NCBI RefSeq assembly: GCF_018350175.1
Contig: NC_058368.1
Location: 82,524,001 to 82,588,000 of the forward strand
Direction: 5' to 3'
Length of the DNA: 64,000 nt
Origin: Felis catus
Lineage: Eukaryota
The position numbers and the translations under genes are program-made. Shown here piece by piece: positions 27,481 through 40,732 of the stretch (positions within the stretch are counted from its first letter, which is position 1; the number at the start of each line of letters is the position of its first letter). The notes beneath the pieces were generated by a model that did no database searches, was not told the DNA's origin, and worked only from the letters and a program-made list of their open reading frames with translations.

Positions 27481-27689
27481 CCGGTGCAGGGGGAACAGCC
27501 AGGAGCTGTGTCCGACGAGGCCCTGCAGCAGAGCCAGTGGCCGTTCAGGTAGGCGGAGGGGTGGTAGACAGTGAGGCGCTTCTTGTTGCGCTGGCTCACT
27601 TTGGTGAGGATGTCGATCCAGGCCTTGGCCTCCACACAGTTGTTGGCCTGGATGTACAGAGCTCGCTCCGGCTGGATGACCTGGAACAT
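27481..27689 (-). CDS. RASA3: RASA3 exon 21 (MFQVIQPER...[20 protein letters not shown]), PH end and Btk zinc motif
   Basis: AG/GT boundaries, 209 nt. Confidence 0.96.
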
Positions 27690-28074
27690 CTGAAGAGGCA
27701 GTGAACTGGTTCAGAGAAGCCACATGGCAAGACATCCTGCCCAAGCCAGAAGGGTCATTATTATTGATGCAGACCAGCCCAGGGGCCATGGAGGGAGGGA
27801 GAGTAGAGCCCACCCAGAGGCCTGGACAAGCCCAGGGGCCATGGTGGGCACAAAGGGCTTTCTGTTGCCCTTGCACATGATGGAGTCACAAGCCACAGCC
27901 TTCCCCCTGGGCGATTCAGGAGGCTGGGTCACTGCTGGTCAGCCCAGCCAAGACACTTCTTTTTCTGGTGTCTCAGGGGGCTCCCTCCAAGAAGCAAAGG
28001 AGTAGAACTGCTTATCCCCTAGGGGACCTCCTGAAGTTGACTGTGACCATTACATAAACGGGGCTCTCTCTATG

Positions 28075-28175
28075 CTGAGAGCAGAGAGCCTGATGTGGGG
28101 CTCGACCTTACAAACTGTGAGATCATGACCTGAGCCGAAGTTGGATGCTCAACTGGCTGGGCCACCAGGTGCCCC
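28075..28175 (-). mobile_element. Partial CAN-SINE
   Basis: gcagagagcctgatgtggggctcg...gagatcatgacctgagccgaag...aggtgcccc. Confidence 0.8.
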
Positions 28176-28740
28176 AGGTCTCCTGACCTTTAAGCTGGGG
28201 CAGGCTTCTGCTCAAGGTGTGTCAGAGCTTACCCTGCCCACCTTCCTGTCCTCACCCCCACACCAGCCTTAGGACCTCCGCATGTGCTATTGTGTTTGCC
28301 CCACCCCACCTGACCACCCGGGGGCTCTTCTTCCAGGTAGGCGTTGCTTCCTCTGTGAGTGTTCTTAGAGCCTCCACCACCTTTCTTATTATTCATTCGA
28401 CAAACATCTCTGCATACCAGGCACTGTCCTATATTCTGGGGACACAGTGTGCCCCAAACAGAGTTTCTATCTGCATGAACTTCCAGCCAGCAAGGATAAA
28501 AAAGAACACAAAGTGCAGGGGCTGTGTGTGTGTGCTGGGCGGGGGGGGGGTGGGGGGGGGGGGTGGGGGGGGTGGGGGGAGGTGGGGGGGGTGGGGGGGT
28601 GGGGGGAGGTGGGGGGGGTTGGAGGAAGGGTCAGGAGACAAACTTCTAAATAAACATCCCGGCTGAGGTCAGAAAGGTGACTAAGAAACAATAAAGCTGA
28701 AGGAGGAAGCAGATGAGGAGTCCCAGGCAGAAAGAACAGT

Positions 28741-29140
28741 AAGTGCAGAGGTCCTGGGGCAGTAGGGATAGGAAGTGCAGAGGTCCTGGGGCAGCGGGGA
28801 CAGGAAGTGCAGAGATCCTAGGGCAGTGGGGTGAGGAAGTGCAGAGATCCTAGGGCAGCGGGGTGAGGAAGTGCAGAGATCCTAGAGCAGTGGGGACAGG
28901 AAGTGCAGAGATCCTAGGGCAGTGGGGACAGGAAGTGCAGAGATCCTAGGGCAGTGGGGACAGGAAGTACAGAGATCCTAAGGGCAGTGGGGACAGGAAG
29001 TGCAGAGATCCTAGGGCAGTGGGGACAGGAAGTGCAGAGATCCTAGGGCAGTGGGGACAGGAAGTACAGAGATCCTAAGGGCAGTGGGGACAGGAGGTGC
29101 AGAGGTCCTAGGGCAGTGGGGACAGGAGGTGCAGAGGTCC
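28741..29140. repeat. Minisatellite, 32-33-bp unit, ~12 copies
   Basis: gaagtgcagagatcctagggcagtggggacag, with near-identical central copies. Confidence 0.95.
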
Positions 29141-30934
29141 TGAGCCCAGGGAGGGTCGGGTGTTCCCAGCAGGAGCAGGCCAGGCTGTACACAGAAGATC
29201 GGGGTGGGTGGGTGAGGTGGGCAGTCCAGGGCCCTGGTGGGCAGTCCAGCTCTCAGGCTGACTTGTCAGAGGGCCCCAGGGGAGGCCTGGAGTCAGGATG
29301 TCAAAGGTGATGGTGGGCTTTTCCAAGGGGAGACAGTGTGTATGGAGAGGAGGAACAGGAGTTGATGGTTCTGGGGAGAAGAAGTTGTGTGTCTGAGCTC
29401 CTGAGTGAATAGTTTACTTACAGAGACCTGGGCCCCCTGACCCTGCCCCACAAGGTCCTGTTCCTACTGCCCCAGGACCTCTACATACACACATGCACTG
29501 TTGCACAGGCCTCAGACTGCATGAACCTGTGTATGGCTGCAATCCCCAGCGGAGGGTCAGCCTCTAGACAGGAGTTTTGTCTTAATTGTCCTCACAAACT
29601 GGCCCCTCTGATGGGGCCCAGCGTGCCACAGGACTGTCTCCCAAATGGCCTGGTAATTAGTGAGCACTGTCAGCAGGGGAACTAGCTGATGAATAAGTGA
29701 TGAATAAGTGATGCTAAAATTAGGTGATTTTCTAAAGCTAAACTGCAGGCCTGATGCAATGAAAAGGCAGGAAGCTGTTTCTCGGACACCGTCCACACTT
29801 GCCCGCTGCCATAACATCTGGGAATGCCACCGGCTGAGGGCGCAATGCTCCCAGCCTGCCATCCTGGAGACAGCAGAGTCTCAGGCCCGGGAACAGCTGG
29901 AGGTGAGGGAGGCGCAGACACCCAATGCTCCAGGATGCCAGTGTCCCAGTTCCTGGAGCAGGTGCATGGTGTGAACACCCCTCAGGCCCAGGAAAACACC
30001 CCACCTGCCATGGGGCCGTCTGCTTGCCCAAAAAACTGCCTCAAATAGTCCTGAGGGAGGGACAAGGAATCCAGCTGGGGACTGTGCAGGCTGAACAGGA
30101 GCTGCTGTCTGTGTCTGCTGTCTGTCCAGCGGGGCGGCCGCCTACTCTGTCTACCCAGCTAGCGCCGCCCACTGGACCATGCGGTCAATCTCAGACCCAG
30201 GCGGAGATGCGAGTTCATCACGACTCCTCCTCTGCGACCCCGGGGCAGGACCAGCCCTGAAACAGACCTGCTGTGTCCCCCACAAACACAGTGTGGCCTT
30301 AGGCACCTATTGACTACTGACCAATGAGCAAGAGACAGACAGACACAGAAGAAGACAGAAGACAGGTCAGATCCCCTGTTGGCTCCCAGGAGGCAGAAGC
30401 GGACTCGGGGGCCAGTCCTCTAAACCCTCAGCTGGGCGTCTGCAGCAGGGCCTGTGGGGTGAGATGGTGTGCAGGGGCCATCCTCCCGGGGCCAGTGGTT
30501 GCTGTGGATGGCTCCTGGTATCTGAAGAAGGTTCTTACCACATCCAACTCTTCTGAGGCCCCAGCCCAATCCGCGGTTGGCGGGAGGCAGCGCTCAGGAG
30601 GCGCAGTGAAGCAAATGACCAGAGGCGCAGGGGAGGGAGGGGCTGGCCTGCTCCAGATGGACAGAGTTCAGGCTCTCAGGACAGGCGGTTGGGCCTGAGC
30701 TCCTGCTCCCACACGAGGGGCGCAAGCACCCACAAGCCCTTCCGAAGCCTCCATGAGCCTGTCTGCTCACCTGAAGATTGGGCCAGACCTGGTGTCCAAA
30801 CAGCCCTGGTGGCCTTGGAGAGCACAGACTCCAGGGTCCAGAAGGTGCTCCCACTGAGCGCACAGAGCACCAGCTAAGCCAGCTGTTTCCCCGGACAACC
30901 ACTGCTTCCGGAGCTCAGGAAGTCGTTTGAATTT

Positions 30935-31139
30935 CTGTTTATTTGTTTGTTTGTTTGTTTGTTTGTTTTGGTGGGGAGGGGCAAAGAGAGAGGGAGAGAG
31001 AGAGAATCCCAAGCAAGCTCCACACGGTCAGTGCAGAGCTCGACACAGGGCTTGAACTCACGAATCACGATCATGAGATTTCGACCTGAGCCGAAATCAA
31101 GACTCAGGCGCATAACCAATTGAGCTACCCAGGTGCCCC
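30935..31139 (-). mobile_element. CAN-SINE
   Basis: (tttg)n tail, (GA)n tract, head ending aggtgcccc. Confidence 0.9.
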
Positions 31140-31807
31140 ATCACCTGTCTGAATTTTAAAGGGAATAAACTTTAAAATAGTCAAGGCCCTGAGAATACCT
31201 CTATGCTTAAGGGACCATGTCTTCCTGTGCAAAAGGTTCCAAATTAGCACCCTTGGTTAGGACCATTGTGGGGTCCTGCTCGACTGGACCTTCCCTGAAC
31301 ACATTACGAGGGGAATGAATCAGCGCTGAGGAGGCCTCGGGGTTGCCCTTTATACACTATCAGCTGAGCATCGAGCCAGGGCTGGGGTATGAGCACTGTC
31401 TGCAGGCCTGGGCACAGAGGCCACGAGGGGCCACTCCCACACCCACGGAGGGCAGGCCCATGTCAGTGTCACAGGGAGACTGGCCAATGGGCCTCTTTCT
31501 GTCCACTCCAGCTGCAGCCACAAGTACAGACGGGCAAAGACCTGCAGAGAAATGCCCGAACCAGGGCCACTGGCGGAGGCTGGCTGTGGAACAGCAGAGA
31601 ACACTCACAATCTCTCCCAGGGGAAGCTGACTGTCCAGCCCTCACAGCCCCACATCACAGGCTGGGGTTTCTTGAAGGCTGGAAGACCATGGAATGAGTC
31701 GTATTATTTACTCCCCACCATGCTCTACAAAAGACTGCATATGACTTACATGAAATACGCCTAATAAAACAGAAAAATGTAAAAAGTATTTAGAAAATTA
31801 GGAACAG

Positions 31808-31992
31808 AGGGGCACCTGGGGGGCTCAGTTGGTTGAGTGGCTGACTCTTGACTTTGGCTCAGGTCATGATTCAGGGTCATGGGATCAAGCCCTGTGCTGA
31901 GTTCTGTGCTGAGTGAGGAGCCTGCTTGGGATTCTATCTCCCTCTGAACCCTCCACTGTGCACCAGCTCTCTCTCACTCTCTCAAAAAAGAA
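31808..31992 (+). mobile_element. CAN-SINE with 15-bp target site duplication agaaaattaggaaca
   Basis: SINE head and tail; duplication at 31792-31806 and 31993-32007. Confidence 0.9.
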
Positions 31993-32727
31993 AGAAAATT
32001 AGGAACAAAGAAACAGAAATGGGAACAGACCAGGGCAAAAACAGGACTACATATGCAGATTCTGGGTGGAAACATCAGGCTCCATGCTGAGGGCCCTGGG
32101 GGTTAAGGGCGGCCATTGTACCCCAGGCACGTTACCACCCAGGCTCAGTAGGGACATCATTGTCCAGGGAAAGCCACCAGGGTGAGCAAAGCCACAGGGA
32201 ACTTTCCTACACACAGAGGCCTCGGCAAGAACAAAGCCTCCAGGTGCACAGTATGACCTCATGTTCTCCTGTGACAAGACCTGACCCGGTGGCCACAGTG
32301 GGATACGTGGAGCAGGGCACTTCCTCCGCCACCAGTTCCAAGGTGTGCAGCAACAAGAAAACTGAGACGTTCATTGCCCTTGCCTGATGCAGCCACACCA
32401 AGTCCAGGGAAACAACATAAATTGTGTTCGCAAAGCAAGTGACAGGTCTTACAAAGATTTTCCTGGGACCACACAAGAGGTAGCCCTGACCACAGCCTTG
32501 CTCCAAAGGTGAACTCCATAATGACTAAAAATACTCGGAGCCCCCTGAGGCACGACAGAAAAAGTCACCAACAGCTTGGGAACCCCGAACCGACCTACCC
32601 CGACCCAATCAAAGCGTGTGCTGGTCAGAGGAATGAAGACACCGATAGAAGCACAGCGACTTCGCATAGCCACATTGGGCAGGGAAGAACATTATTCTGA
32701 ATGAAATGTGGCCCTGCTGTCCTAGAG

Positions 32728-32920
32728 CCCTAAACCTAACCCAAAACCCTAACCATAAATCCTAACCCAACACTAACCCCTGATCTTTCCCAAACCTTAA
32801 ACCCTAAACCTAACTCTGCCCCACACCCCAACCCTAACCCTAACCCTAACCCCAATCCTAACCCCTAACCACAACCCTAACCCGTAACCCCAGCCCTAAC
32901 CCCAACACTCACCCTAAACC

Positions 32921-32952
<32 letters not shown>
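32728..32952. repeat. Interstitial telomere-like (CCCTAA)n tract
   Basis: Perfect ccctaa runs mixed with variant units. Confidence 0.9.
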
Positions 32953-32953
<1 letters not shown>

Positions 32954-33572
32954 CCATGGAGGACAGAGCCCTGTGTGGCAGGAAGCCAGGAAATAGTAGC
33001 GAAGGAATGAGGGAGGCAGGGAGCCACTATGGATGGGCAAGAGCCTGAGAGGGTACCGATGTGGACACAGCTTGGTGTGTCTCCCACAGTCACTGCGAGC
33101 GAGCCTCCTGACCAGATGCACCCAGAGGACGTGCTCACCTCTGTGGGATTCCTGACAAAATGCGTCACCTGAACCTATCACGGTGGACCCTCCGACACTC
33201 CCAAATTGAGGGATGCCCATAAAAAACTGCCCGTGTGCTTCAAAAACACCAAGTCTGCAAACCACAGAGAAAGGCTGAGGAATGTTCCCGATGAAGGACA
33301 TGACAGAATGAATGCATCACTGGGTGCTGGTTTCTGGACACACAATGGGTGTAAAGATCACTACAACACAGCTGATGGCAAGGGGTAACAATGCCACCCC
33401 AGCGCTGGCGTCCTTTGGTGGCTGTTCAGGTCATACAAGGAAGTTCTTGTTTTTAGGGAATGAACCAAAATATCTATGTGGTTCAGAAACACGTACACAC
33501 GTGGAGAGAAATGAAGAGATAGAAACAATGGAGTACACTCAGCAAATGAGAAAATGAAACAACCAGCAGTTC

Positions 33573-33885
33573 TGGGATCGGGACGTGGGAGCCGTGGGAA
33601 CCATGGGATGGGGACGTGGGATGGAAATGCGGGAGCCCTGGGATGGGGACGTGGGATGGGGATGCGGGAGCCCTGGGATGGGGACGTGGGATGGAAATGC
33701 GGGAGCCCTGGGATGGGGACGTGGGATGGAAATGCGGGAGCCCTGGGATGGGGACGTGGGATGGGGATGCGGGAGCCCTGGGATGGGGACGCAGGAGCCA
33801 CGGGATGGGGATGCAGTAGCCACGGGATATGGACGTGGGAGCCCCGGAATGGGGGACATGGGAGCCCTGGGATGGGGATGTGGAA
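33573..33885. repeat. Minisatellite, about 35-bp unit
   Basis: Repeated gggatggggacgtgggatggaaatgcgggagccct. Confidence 0.92.
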
Positions 33886-34097
33886 GTCCTGTTCTATTGT
33901 TGCTGCTTTCCTGTGAGTTCAAAACCAGATCAAAATTAACACTTCCACAGAAACCCCACAGGGTCCCAGAGCTGGTCCGTGGCCCCCGGAGCTGCAGGGA
34001 AGCACTTTCTGGCAGGTTCTGCCTTCCCCAGCCAGCCTAGCTGCTGGGCTCCACAGCAGGTACAAGTGGGGGCCCACCATGGAGACACAACACTCAC

Positions 34098-34180
34098 GTT
34101 CTTCATCTTGAAGGACTCCTCCTCCAGTCTCTCCACTGCCAGAATGTTCTCGATGGGAATGCTGCACAGAGGCTGGTCTC
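34098..34180 (-). CDS. RASA3: RASA3 exon 20 ([27 protein letters not shown])
   Basis: AG/GT boundaries, 83 nt. Confidence 0.95.
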
Positions 34181-34617
34181 CTGTAGCAGAAAGGGGCTCT
34201 CTTAAGGGGGCGGGCGAGAGGTGGCACGGGTACGCAGCACGCAGACCACGGGCTTAAGGGGTTTGGAGTCGGGATGCTGCAGAACACCCCAACTTCACAC
34301 TGTGTGCCAAGCAGGACCCGGTGCTGCCTCCCAGGAAGCCTAAACCCTCTAGCCACACAGTCAGGAGCCACATCAGATCTGGGGGGACACAGCCAACACG
34401 GGACCCCAATTCCTATGCCTGGCGTCCACTTGCCCAGGCCACCCTGGTGATTATGCTCCTGTAGTAAGAGACAGCTTGCTCTGTGGGACACTTACTCTTT
34501 GCCCTTCATTTCACTCAGGAAAAGCAGGTGGTTAACCCCATCAGGGCCATAAACAAGGCTCTGGTCTCTCAGAAAAAAGTATGTGAAATCAAATAAAAAG
34601 CTGATTTTTCCCGTTAC

Positions 34618-34724
34618 CTTTGCTTTTCTGGTAGGCAAACTCATGGTTGGTCAGGCGGAACCATCTTTTCTTAAAATTCTTCATCCCAAAGCGTTTCCGT
34701 CCCTGCGCCCTCTTAATCATGAAC
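34618..34724 (-). CDS. RASA3: RASA3 exon 19 ([35 protein letters not shown]), PH domain
   Basis: AG/GT boundaries, 107 nt. Confidence 0.96.
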
Positions 34725-35432
34725 CTGTGTGAGCAGGACATCTTTGTGGAGGATGCTGGGGCTCGGGGCACATACCCTGCCTTCCCCACCCCACAGCCTG
34801 AGGTCATGTCTGCAACATCAAAATAAACTGCCCCTTTTGTGTCTGTGACACAAGATGCAGCCTGCAGACTTTCAACATTGTTCTACTTCCAAGTGATAGG
34901 ATTAAAAATCAAAAGGCAAACATCTCTACTTTGGAAACGTTTAGTCCCTGTGCTGGTGTTAAGTTTAAATTATAAGTTGGCAGGGACACCAGGTTCATCA
35001 GTCCCTAAGCAAGCAGCTGCCTGTCCTCATTTCCCACACTGGAAGCGTCAACTACAGATGCCATGAGGAGAAAGGGGCCATGGCAGGTGCGCTCCAGGAG
35101 GGAAAGAGGGACTGGAACCCCTCCTCCCGGGCAGGCAGCAGATGCTTCAGGAGTCGGGGGGTCTGATGGAGGGCTGCACCAAGCTGGGTGGTTCAGCCTC
35201 CTTCCCTTCCCTTCTGCTGATGGCGTTTCTCCGCTCAACACGGTCTGCGGAGCACAGGTGTGCAGAAAGGGAAGTGAATAGCACCATGTCTCAGACGTGC
35301 CCTGCGTGCAGTCTTGGTGGATCTGAGACATGCACAAAGGCCACGCTTCTCCGGTCTGGCTGCCTCTGACCTGGGGGGCCACCAGCCACGTGGCAGAGGT
35401 GCCTGGGATGCCACAGCAGACATGGGACTTAC

Positions 35433-35506
35433 CCTTCCTTGAGCAGAATGGGCTGCTCGATGCTCTTGGGGTCTCTTCTCCCAGAAGACGAGATCAAATC
35501 TAAGAA
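35433..35506 (-). CDS. RASA3: RASA3 exon 18 (FLDLISSSGRRDPKSIEQPILLKEG)
   Basis: AG/GT boundaries, 74 nt. Confidence 0.95.
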
Positions 35507-36373
35507 CTGGCGTGGGATAGAACGCAGACGCTTAAAGGCAAAATGGCTTGAAAACACTCCTTCTCGCACAGAAACTTCACCAGGACGCGGTCTCTCTGAC
35601 AGCACAGCAGAGGGGAAGCCGCCCCTGGTTTCCTGGGTCAGAGTCCTGCACAAGTCTCCACTGCAGCCGGAAAGCTTTGGTCCCGACCCCCCAGGGCGGG
35701 TCTCCCCGAACCCCAGCTGCTGCCTCACCTGACGGCTGCCAGGCTCAGTGACACCCAGAGGCCTCCCTGCATGTGAACAGGTGACCCGAGGACACAGCTC
35801 TGCTGGAGCATGAGGCAGCTCAGGCCCCCTCCCGCCTTAGCCTGACTGTTCCACGACCCACCTGGACCCCCTCCAGCAATTACCACGTGCCCCCAGCTCC
35901 TGCCCCTTTCTCCCTTCTGGGTCCTGGCTTTTACGGTTTCTGAGAGCTAAACATGTGTGACTGTTTCCAAACACCACAGAAAAAGTAAAGCTTCTCAGAA
36001 GAGATTCTCCCCACATGCCGTGTCCCTAACTCCGGGCCTGGGTCCCCGGGCTCTGTGACCCTGAGGCGTTTGTGGGGTGACCAGGAGCAGACAGCCAGGA
36101 AGGGCAAGGTGAGGGGTTCACAGAACAGACAGGCACCCCACCACCTGGGGGGGGGGACTCAGGTATGAGGTGCTGGGTCCCAAAGAGGAGTGGTCAGGAA
36201 GGAGCTGGGAGGGTGGTCACCGCCACTATGAATGCTCTGAACTCTTTAAAATGGTTAACGGTCAATTCCATGTTATGTGAACTTTAGCCCAATCTTTTTA
36301 AAGCCAACTATTTCTCAGGAAAGATGCACAACACAGGGGTAGTAAGTCCACGTTAACCGACGTCCGTACTTAC

Positions 36374-36451
36374 GTTTTTTACTGCATCAGCATATTTTTG
36401 CTCATTGAAGAATTCATAAAACGCAGCCATGTAGGATTCCTTAAAACTGGC
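36374..36451 (-). CDS. RASA3: RASA3 exon 17 ([26 protein letters not shown])
   Basis: tag acceptor, gtaagt donor, 78 nt. Confidence 0.95.
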
Positions 36452-36811
36452 CTAAAATGGAACAAGTCACTTAGCAAAGGCCCACAGGTCTCTCGGCTCA
36501 TGGCCCAAAACTGAGAAATCTAGAGGCACGGGTCATGACCAGCTTCTGTTGTGGGGACTTGGCGAAGGGGAGGGAGCAGGTCTCCTGGTGGTGGACCGTG
36601 AGGGCACAATGCTGCCCAGCGCTCAGCCCGGGCATGGCCCATGGCAGCCACACAAGCCACCAAAGCTGTGTTTGGGAAACTCAACTATGGGGGTGTGGGG
36701 GGGTCCCTCAGTGAGTTCTTTGCTACAAACGACCCAACACCCCTGCTCATGTGGACACTAACACCTAGGTTCCAGGTCTATGGAGCCTACACTGGCACCC
36801 AGGTGAGGCTG

Positions 36812-36940
36812 CTGCCAGAGCCCCTTCTGTGACTGGGGTAGGGGCGGGGGCTCCCAGAGCCCTTTCTGTGATGGGGAGCAGGGGCGGGGGCTCCCAGAAC
36901 CCCTTCTGTGATAGGGGGCAGGGGCGGGGGCTCCCAGTGT
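36812..36940. repeat. Tandem repeat, about 39 bp x 3
   Basis: ccagagccctttctgtgatggggagcaggggcgggggctc variants. Confidence 0.85.
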
Positions 36941-38414
36941 GGGGAAGTTGGGGCACCCCTCACGAATGCATGTAGGGACTTCAAAAGAACCACTCCTGAT
37001 ACTCTGCCCCAATGAGCACCCTTTACACACGTAGGTCACTTTACTGTTTCTGGGCATGCAATGAGGTTTGTGCAGACCTCAGACCCAGCAGGAGCTTCTT
37101 TACCCGAGTTTCCAGCTAACACAGACTGGCATGGACGGGCAAAGAAGAGCAATCGTGCCCATCGGCTGGCTGTTGGCCACCACACAGCTCTTATTTTACT
37201 CAGTTCATAGAAAGCCAAGCGTTTCCCCAGAGGTGGCTGCTTGTCTGCCAGGGACTGGACCCCACAAAGAACAGAACGAGGGGATCTGGGCTGGCGGCTT
37301 CTGCACATCCCCACTGAACCCTTTCCAGACAGAAGGGGTGGCCTCACTCCACCCGATCAGCTGCCCCTGCAGATCCACCCATGGGCTTCAGCCCCAGGGA
37401 ACACGCCCAGCTGTCCCCACATCACTATCACCAAACATAATGTCCTCGGACCTGCCCATCAGGACCCTTGTCCCTGGGGCAGACCCTCAGGGCCAGGAGG
37501 GATAGATAGCACAGAACCCTCGTCCCCAGGGCTGTGAGGCCCACGGCAGACCCTCAGGGCCAGGAGGGACAGCACAGGACTGCCGGCTGCCCATAGGCCA
37601 CAAGCCTGCCTCTGGCACGCATCCTCAGATGCTCAAGACCAAGGCTGCTGCGTGGGGCTGGATAGCCACCCCTTCAGGTGACGGTAACGCAGCACACTCT
37701 CCTGTGATACCCCCCAGCTGCGTGTCGGTCTGATATGATTTCAAATCTACTTATTTATGGCAAAAATGAAATTGTGGCTGGGAGCATGGCCTTCCCAGTC
37801 ACTGGTAAGCAGCCCGGCCTCACTGACATTTGTCAGCAGAAACACAGGAGAAGCCATGGCCTGGGGACAGTGAGTCTGGGAGGGCCTCAGCAACTCCCCT
37901 AGGCTGTGTTCCCTAGCAACAGTTGCTCTAGCAACAGGGACTCTTACTTTTGTCTGGGGCCTATGTCATTGCTGACCTTTCTCTGGGGAAGACATGAAGA
38001 CACTGAATTTGGACTTTATTCCTTCCCCCTCCCCTTGCCTGGAGCCCAGTGGCATTACTCCATCACTGGTTCGGGGTATGTTATTTCTTTACTGCTTATT
38101 AACAGACGCTATCCGCCATGCTACTGGGCTTATGAAATATCACTGTGAATTACAATTCCCACTGTGAACCTGCATTAAGTACAGGATTCACAGAACTGAA
38201 CTCGGTCTCTGAGGATAATTTGCCCCAAACAAGACAGTCTCAAAAAGCAAAGTTTCATAGCTCAGCAGGGCAGAGAAGCACTTGCAAGCTGCTGGAATGT
38301 TCTATGAGCATGCCGGGTGGGCATTTGGGTGGGCTTTATTATTCCTTCTCTTATAATTGTGTTGAACACACTCTCTTTTGTGTTAAAAAGAGATGGTTAA
38401 AATAAATGACTTAC

Positions 38415-38492
38415 AGATTTTGATTTGGACAAGCTGCCAAGCGTTTGAATGGTCTTCGAGATAAGTGTCAGCGTTCTCGATGTCTGCGGGTC
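38415..38492 (-). CDS. RASA3: RASA3 exon 16 ([26 protein letters not shown])
   Basis: AG/GT boundaries, 78 nt. Confidence 0.95.
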
Positions 38493-39296
38493 CTGCCAGG
38501 CGGGAAGGGGCAATGTGAGTTTCATTTGTTTTACAGAAATGCTTGACTGAACCCAGAATCACACAGCCACAAATGGATGACGTCACCTGAAAGCCCCCCA
38601 GCACCTGCGTGCTGCCAGGAAGTAACCGGAAGCAGACAAACACTGGATTTGGGAAAAGTCCCCCTAGGTCCCTCGTCAGCATGTGTTGGACCTGCTCCTG
38701 ATGCAGGCTCCCAGGCCACCGTGGACTGGACCTCAGCAAGTCCACATGGCACCAGCCGGGGGTGCCCGCAGTGCAGGGTGAGGACAGTGGCTGCGAACAA
38801 GCACCCAGCCCAATATGCACGAGGGGATCTCCCTGTGCGGTTCTGAAGTCCCTCAGGTGGCCTCACCCAGGGTGTCCCCTCAGGGTCTGGAGGTTTAATC
38901 TAAAACCAATAGATGGAAAGGGCCGCTTGAATCCCCGCTGCCCTGCACTTCCCGCCAGGCGCAGTCACCACCGGGCGCTCTCCGCTGGCGCATCGCTAGT
39001 GTGAGCGCTCAGAGCCTGTGGCCCTGAGGAGCTCAATGTTTGCTGATTGAGTGAATATGTGCCTGAATGTATCCAAGATCACAAATGCTCCATTTTTCTC
39101 AAGGCGGGAGTGAAATCCTGGTCACAGCATCCAGCTGTGTCTATAGGCACAGCTTAGAAAGGCCGCCAACCCTTCGTGTGCATAGAGGGGTTCAGGGCGT
39201 GTGGTTGTACAGTCCGCTGCCCCTTCCCTCTTCCTCAGAACACCTGCTGGCTCAGGAGGGCAGGTGTACTGGTTTACGAGGCTGGCGCTCACTTAC

Positions 39297-39403
39297 CGTG
39301 TGGTGAGGCGTGAGCTGGAAGAGGTTGGGGGACAGGATAGCAGGAGCGAAAAACCTCAGGAAAATGAAGCTGCTCACAGCTGTGTACCGCACATCCAGGT
39401 CAT
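39297..39403 (-). CDS. RASA3: RASA3 exon 15 ([35 protein letters not shown]), RasGAP signature
   Basis: AG/GT boundaries, 107 nt, FLR motif. Confidence 0.96.
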
Positions 39404-39604
39404 CTGTGGCCAGGATACAGACAGCCAGCTCAACAAGCCTTCTGAGGGTGACAGCGGCGAGCCCAGGGGTCTGTCCAGCAACCCTGCCCCTCCTGAGGGT
39501 CTGTCCCTGCCCCATTGCTGCTCTTGCCTGACCATTACTAAAAGCTCGGGACCTTTTGGTGGCTGGGTTGTAACACACTGGAGCTGGTTCACCAGCTGGC
39601 CAAA

Positions 39605-39885
39605 GAGAGAGGCTTGGGTGCCTGGTACCCCCCTGCCAGGCAGAGTGAGGCCTGGGTGACCGGTAACCACCCCCCAGGTTAGAGTGAGGCTTGGGGGCCT
39701 GGTACCCCCCCACCCAGGGCAGAGTGAGGCTTGGGTGCCTGGTAACCCCCCCCACCTCCACCCCCACCCAGGCAGAGTGAGGCTTGGGTGACCGGTAACC
39801 ACCCCCCAGGGCAGAGTGAGGCTTGGGGGCCTGGTACCCCCCCACCCAGGGCAGAGTGAGGCTTGGGGGCCTGGTACCCACCCCT
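39605..39885. repeat. Minisatellite with alternating variant units
   Basis: Repeated ggcagagtgaggcttggg...ggtacccccc. Confidence 0.9.
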
Positions 39886-40732
39886 CCCCTCCCAGGCAGC
39901 AGTGCTCTGACATGTTTGGAAAGCAGGAGGTCCTGTCCACAGAGTGGGTGCGAGGCCCAGGCTCCAGTGCTAAAGAAGCTACCCCGGTGGGTAGGTGGGA
40001 CGGGGTTTCTGTCAGGTCCATGGGGATTGCTCTGGGGGCTCAGGGGTCCCCTGAGGCAGCAGGATGCACCTGGGCTGACTCATGGGCTCCTTGGGGAAGG
40101 ATGGCACAGAGCAATGGGCGGGGACGGGTCAGGGCGTCAGGCCCCACACTGCCCCCTCAGCCTTCCAAGCCCTGGCCTAAGCCTGCATCCTGGTGCTGAG
40201 TTAGGGACCCGATGCTTCCCACCAGGGCAGGACACCGCTGTTTTGCCCATGGGCAGGTCTGCACAGGGTGGCTCCGGTGCCTCCCTGAGGAGTCGGCAGA
40301 GTTTGAAAAGGGGATCAATCCCTGGGATCTGTCTTGCCCCAATTCCAGAAAGGGCTTCTCCGGTCTTTCTTGAAAATGCAGCAAGCCTGACCTGCATGAC
40401 ACCGGGCACTGAGCAGGGCCTCGACTTGCCACAGTCAGAACTGCTGAGAGCCGGGAGAGTGGCTTCTCTGACCAGACAGGCCCAGACTCAGAGAAATTCA
40501 TGCTCCATCCCAAATAAACCACTGGGACAAAACCTGGCCAGCTGCCCTTCCTCTCTGGGTTTGGGGCTCCCCGGGGGCAGCTGCACTTGGGCTCCGGCGC
40601 TGACTCAGTGCTACAGCTTACAATCACCTTTATGTGGACTCTGAACATCACTTCTTGGCCTTGTGCCATCCAGGAGAGGTAAGAGGAGCCACCCAGTGAG
40701 GGGCTGTGGGTACACCCGCACAGAGGACTCAC

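Noticed and set aside
28741..29140. Regular 32-bp repeats resembling a CRISPR array (also 15868-16105 and 33573-33885)
   Set aside because: No unique spacers, no cas genes, and a mammalian intronic context; these are minisatellites.
33090..33560. Possible ancient L1M-type fragment (also 53440-53920)
   Set aside because: Too degraded to assign by eye; RepeatMasker would be needed.
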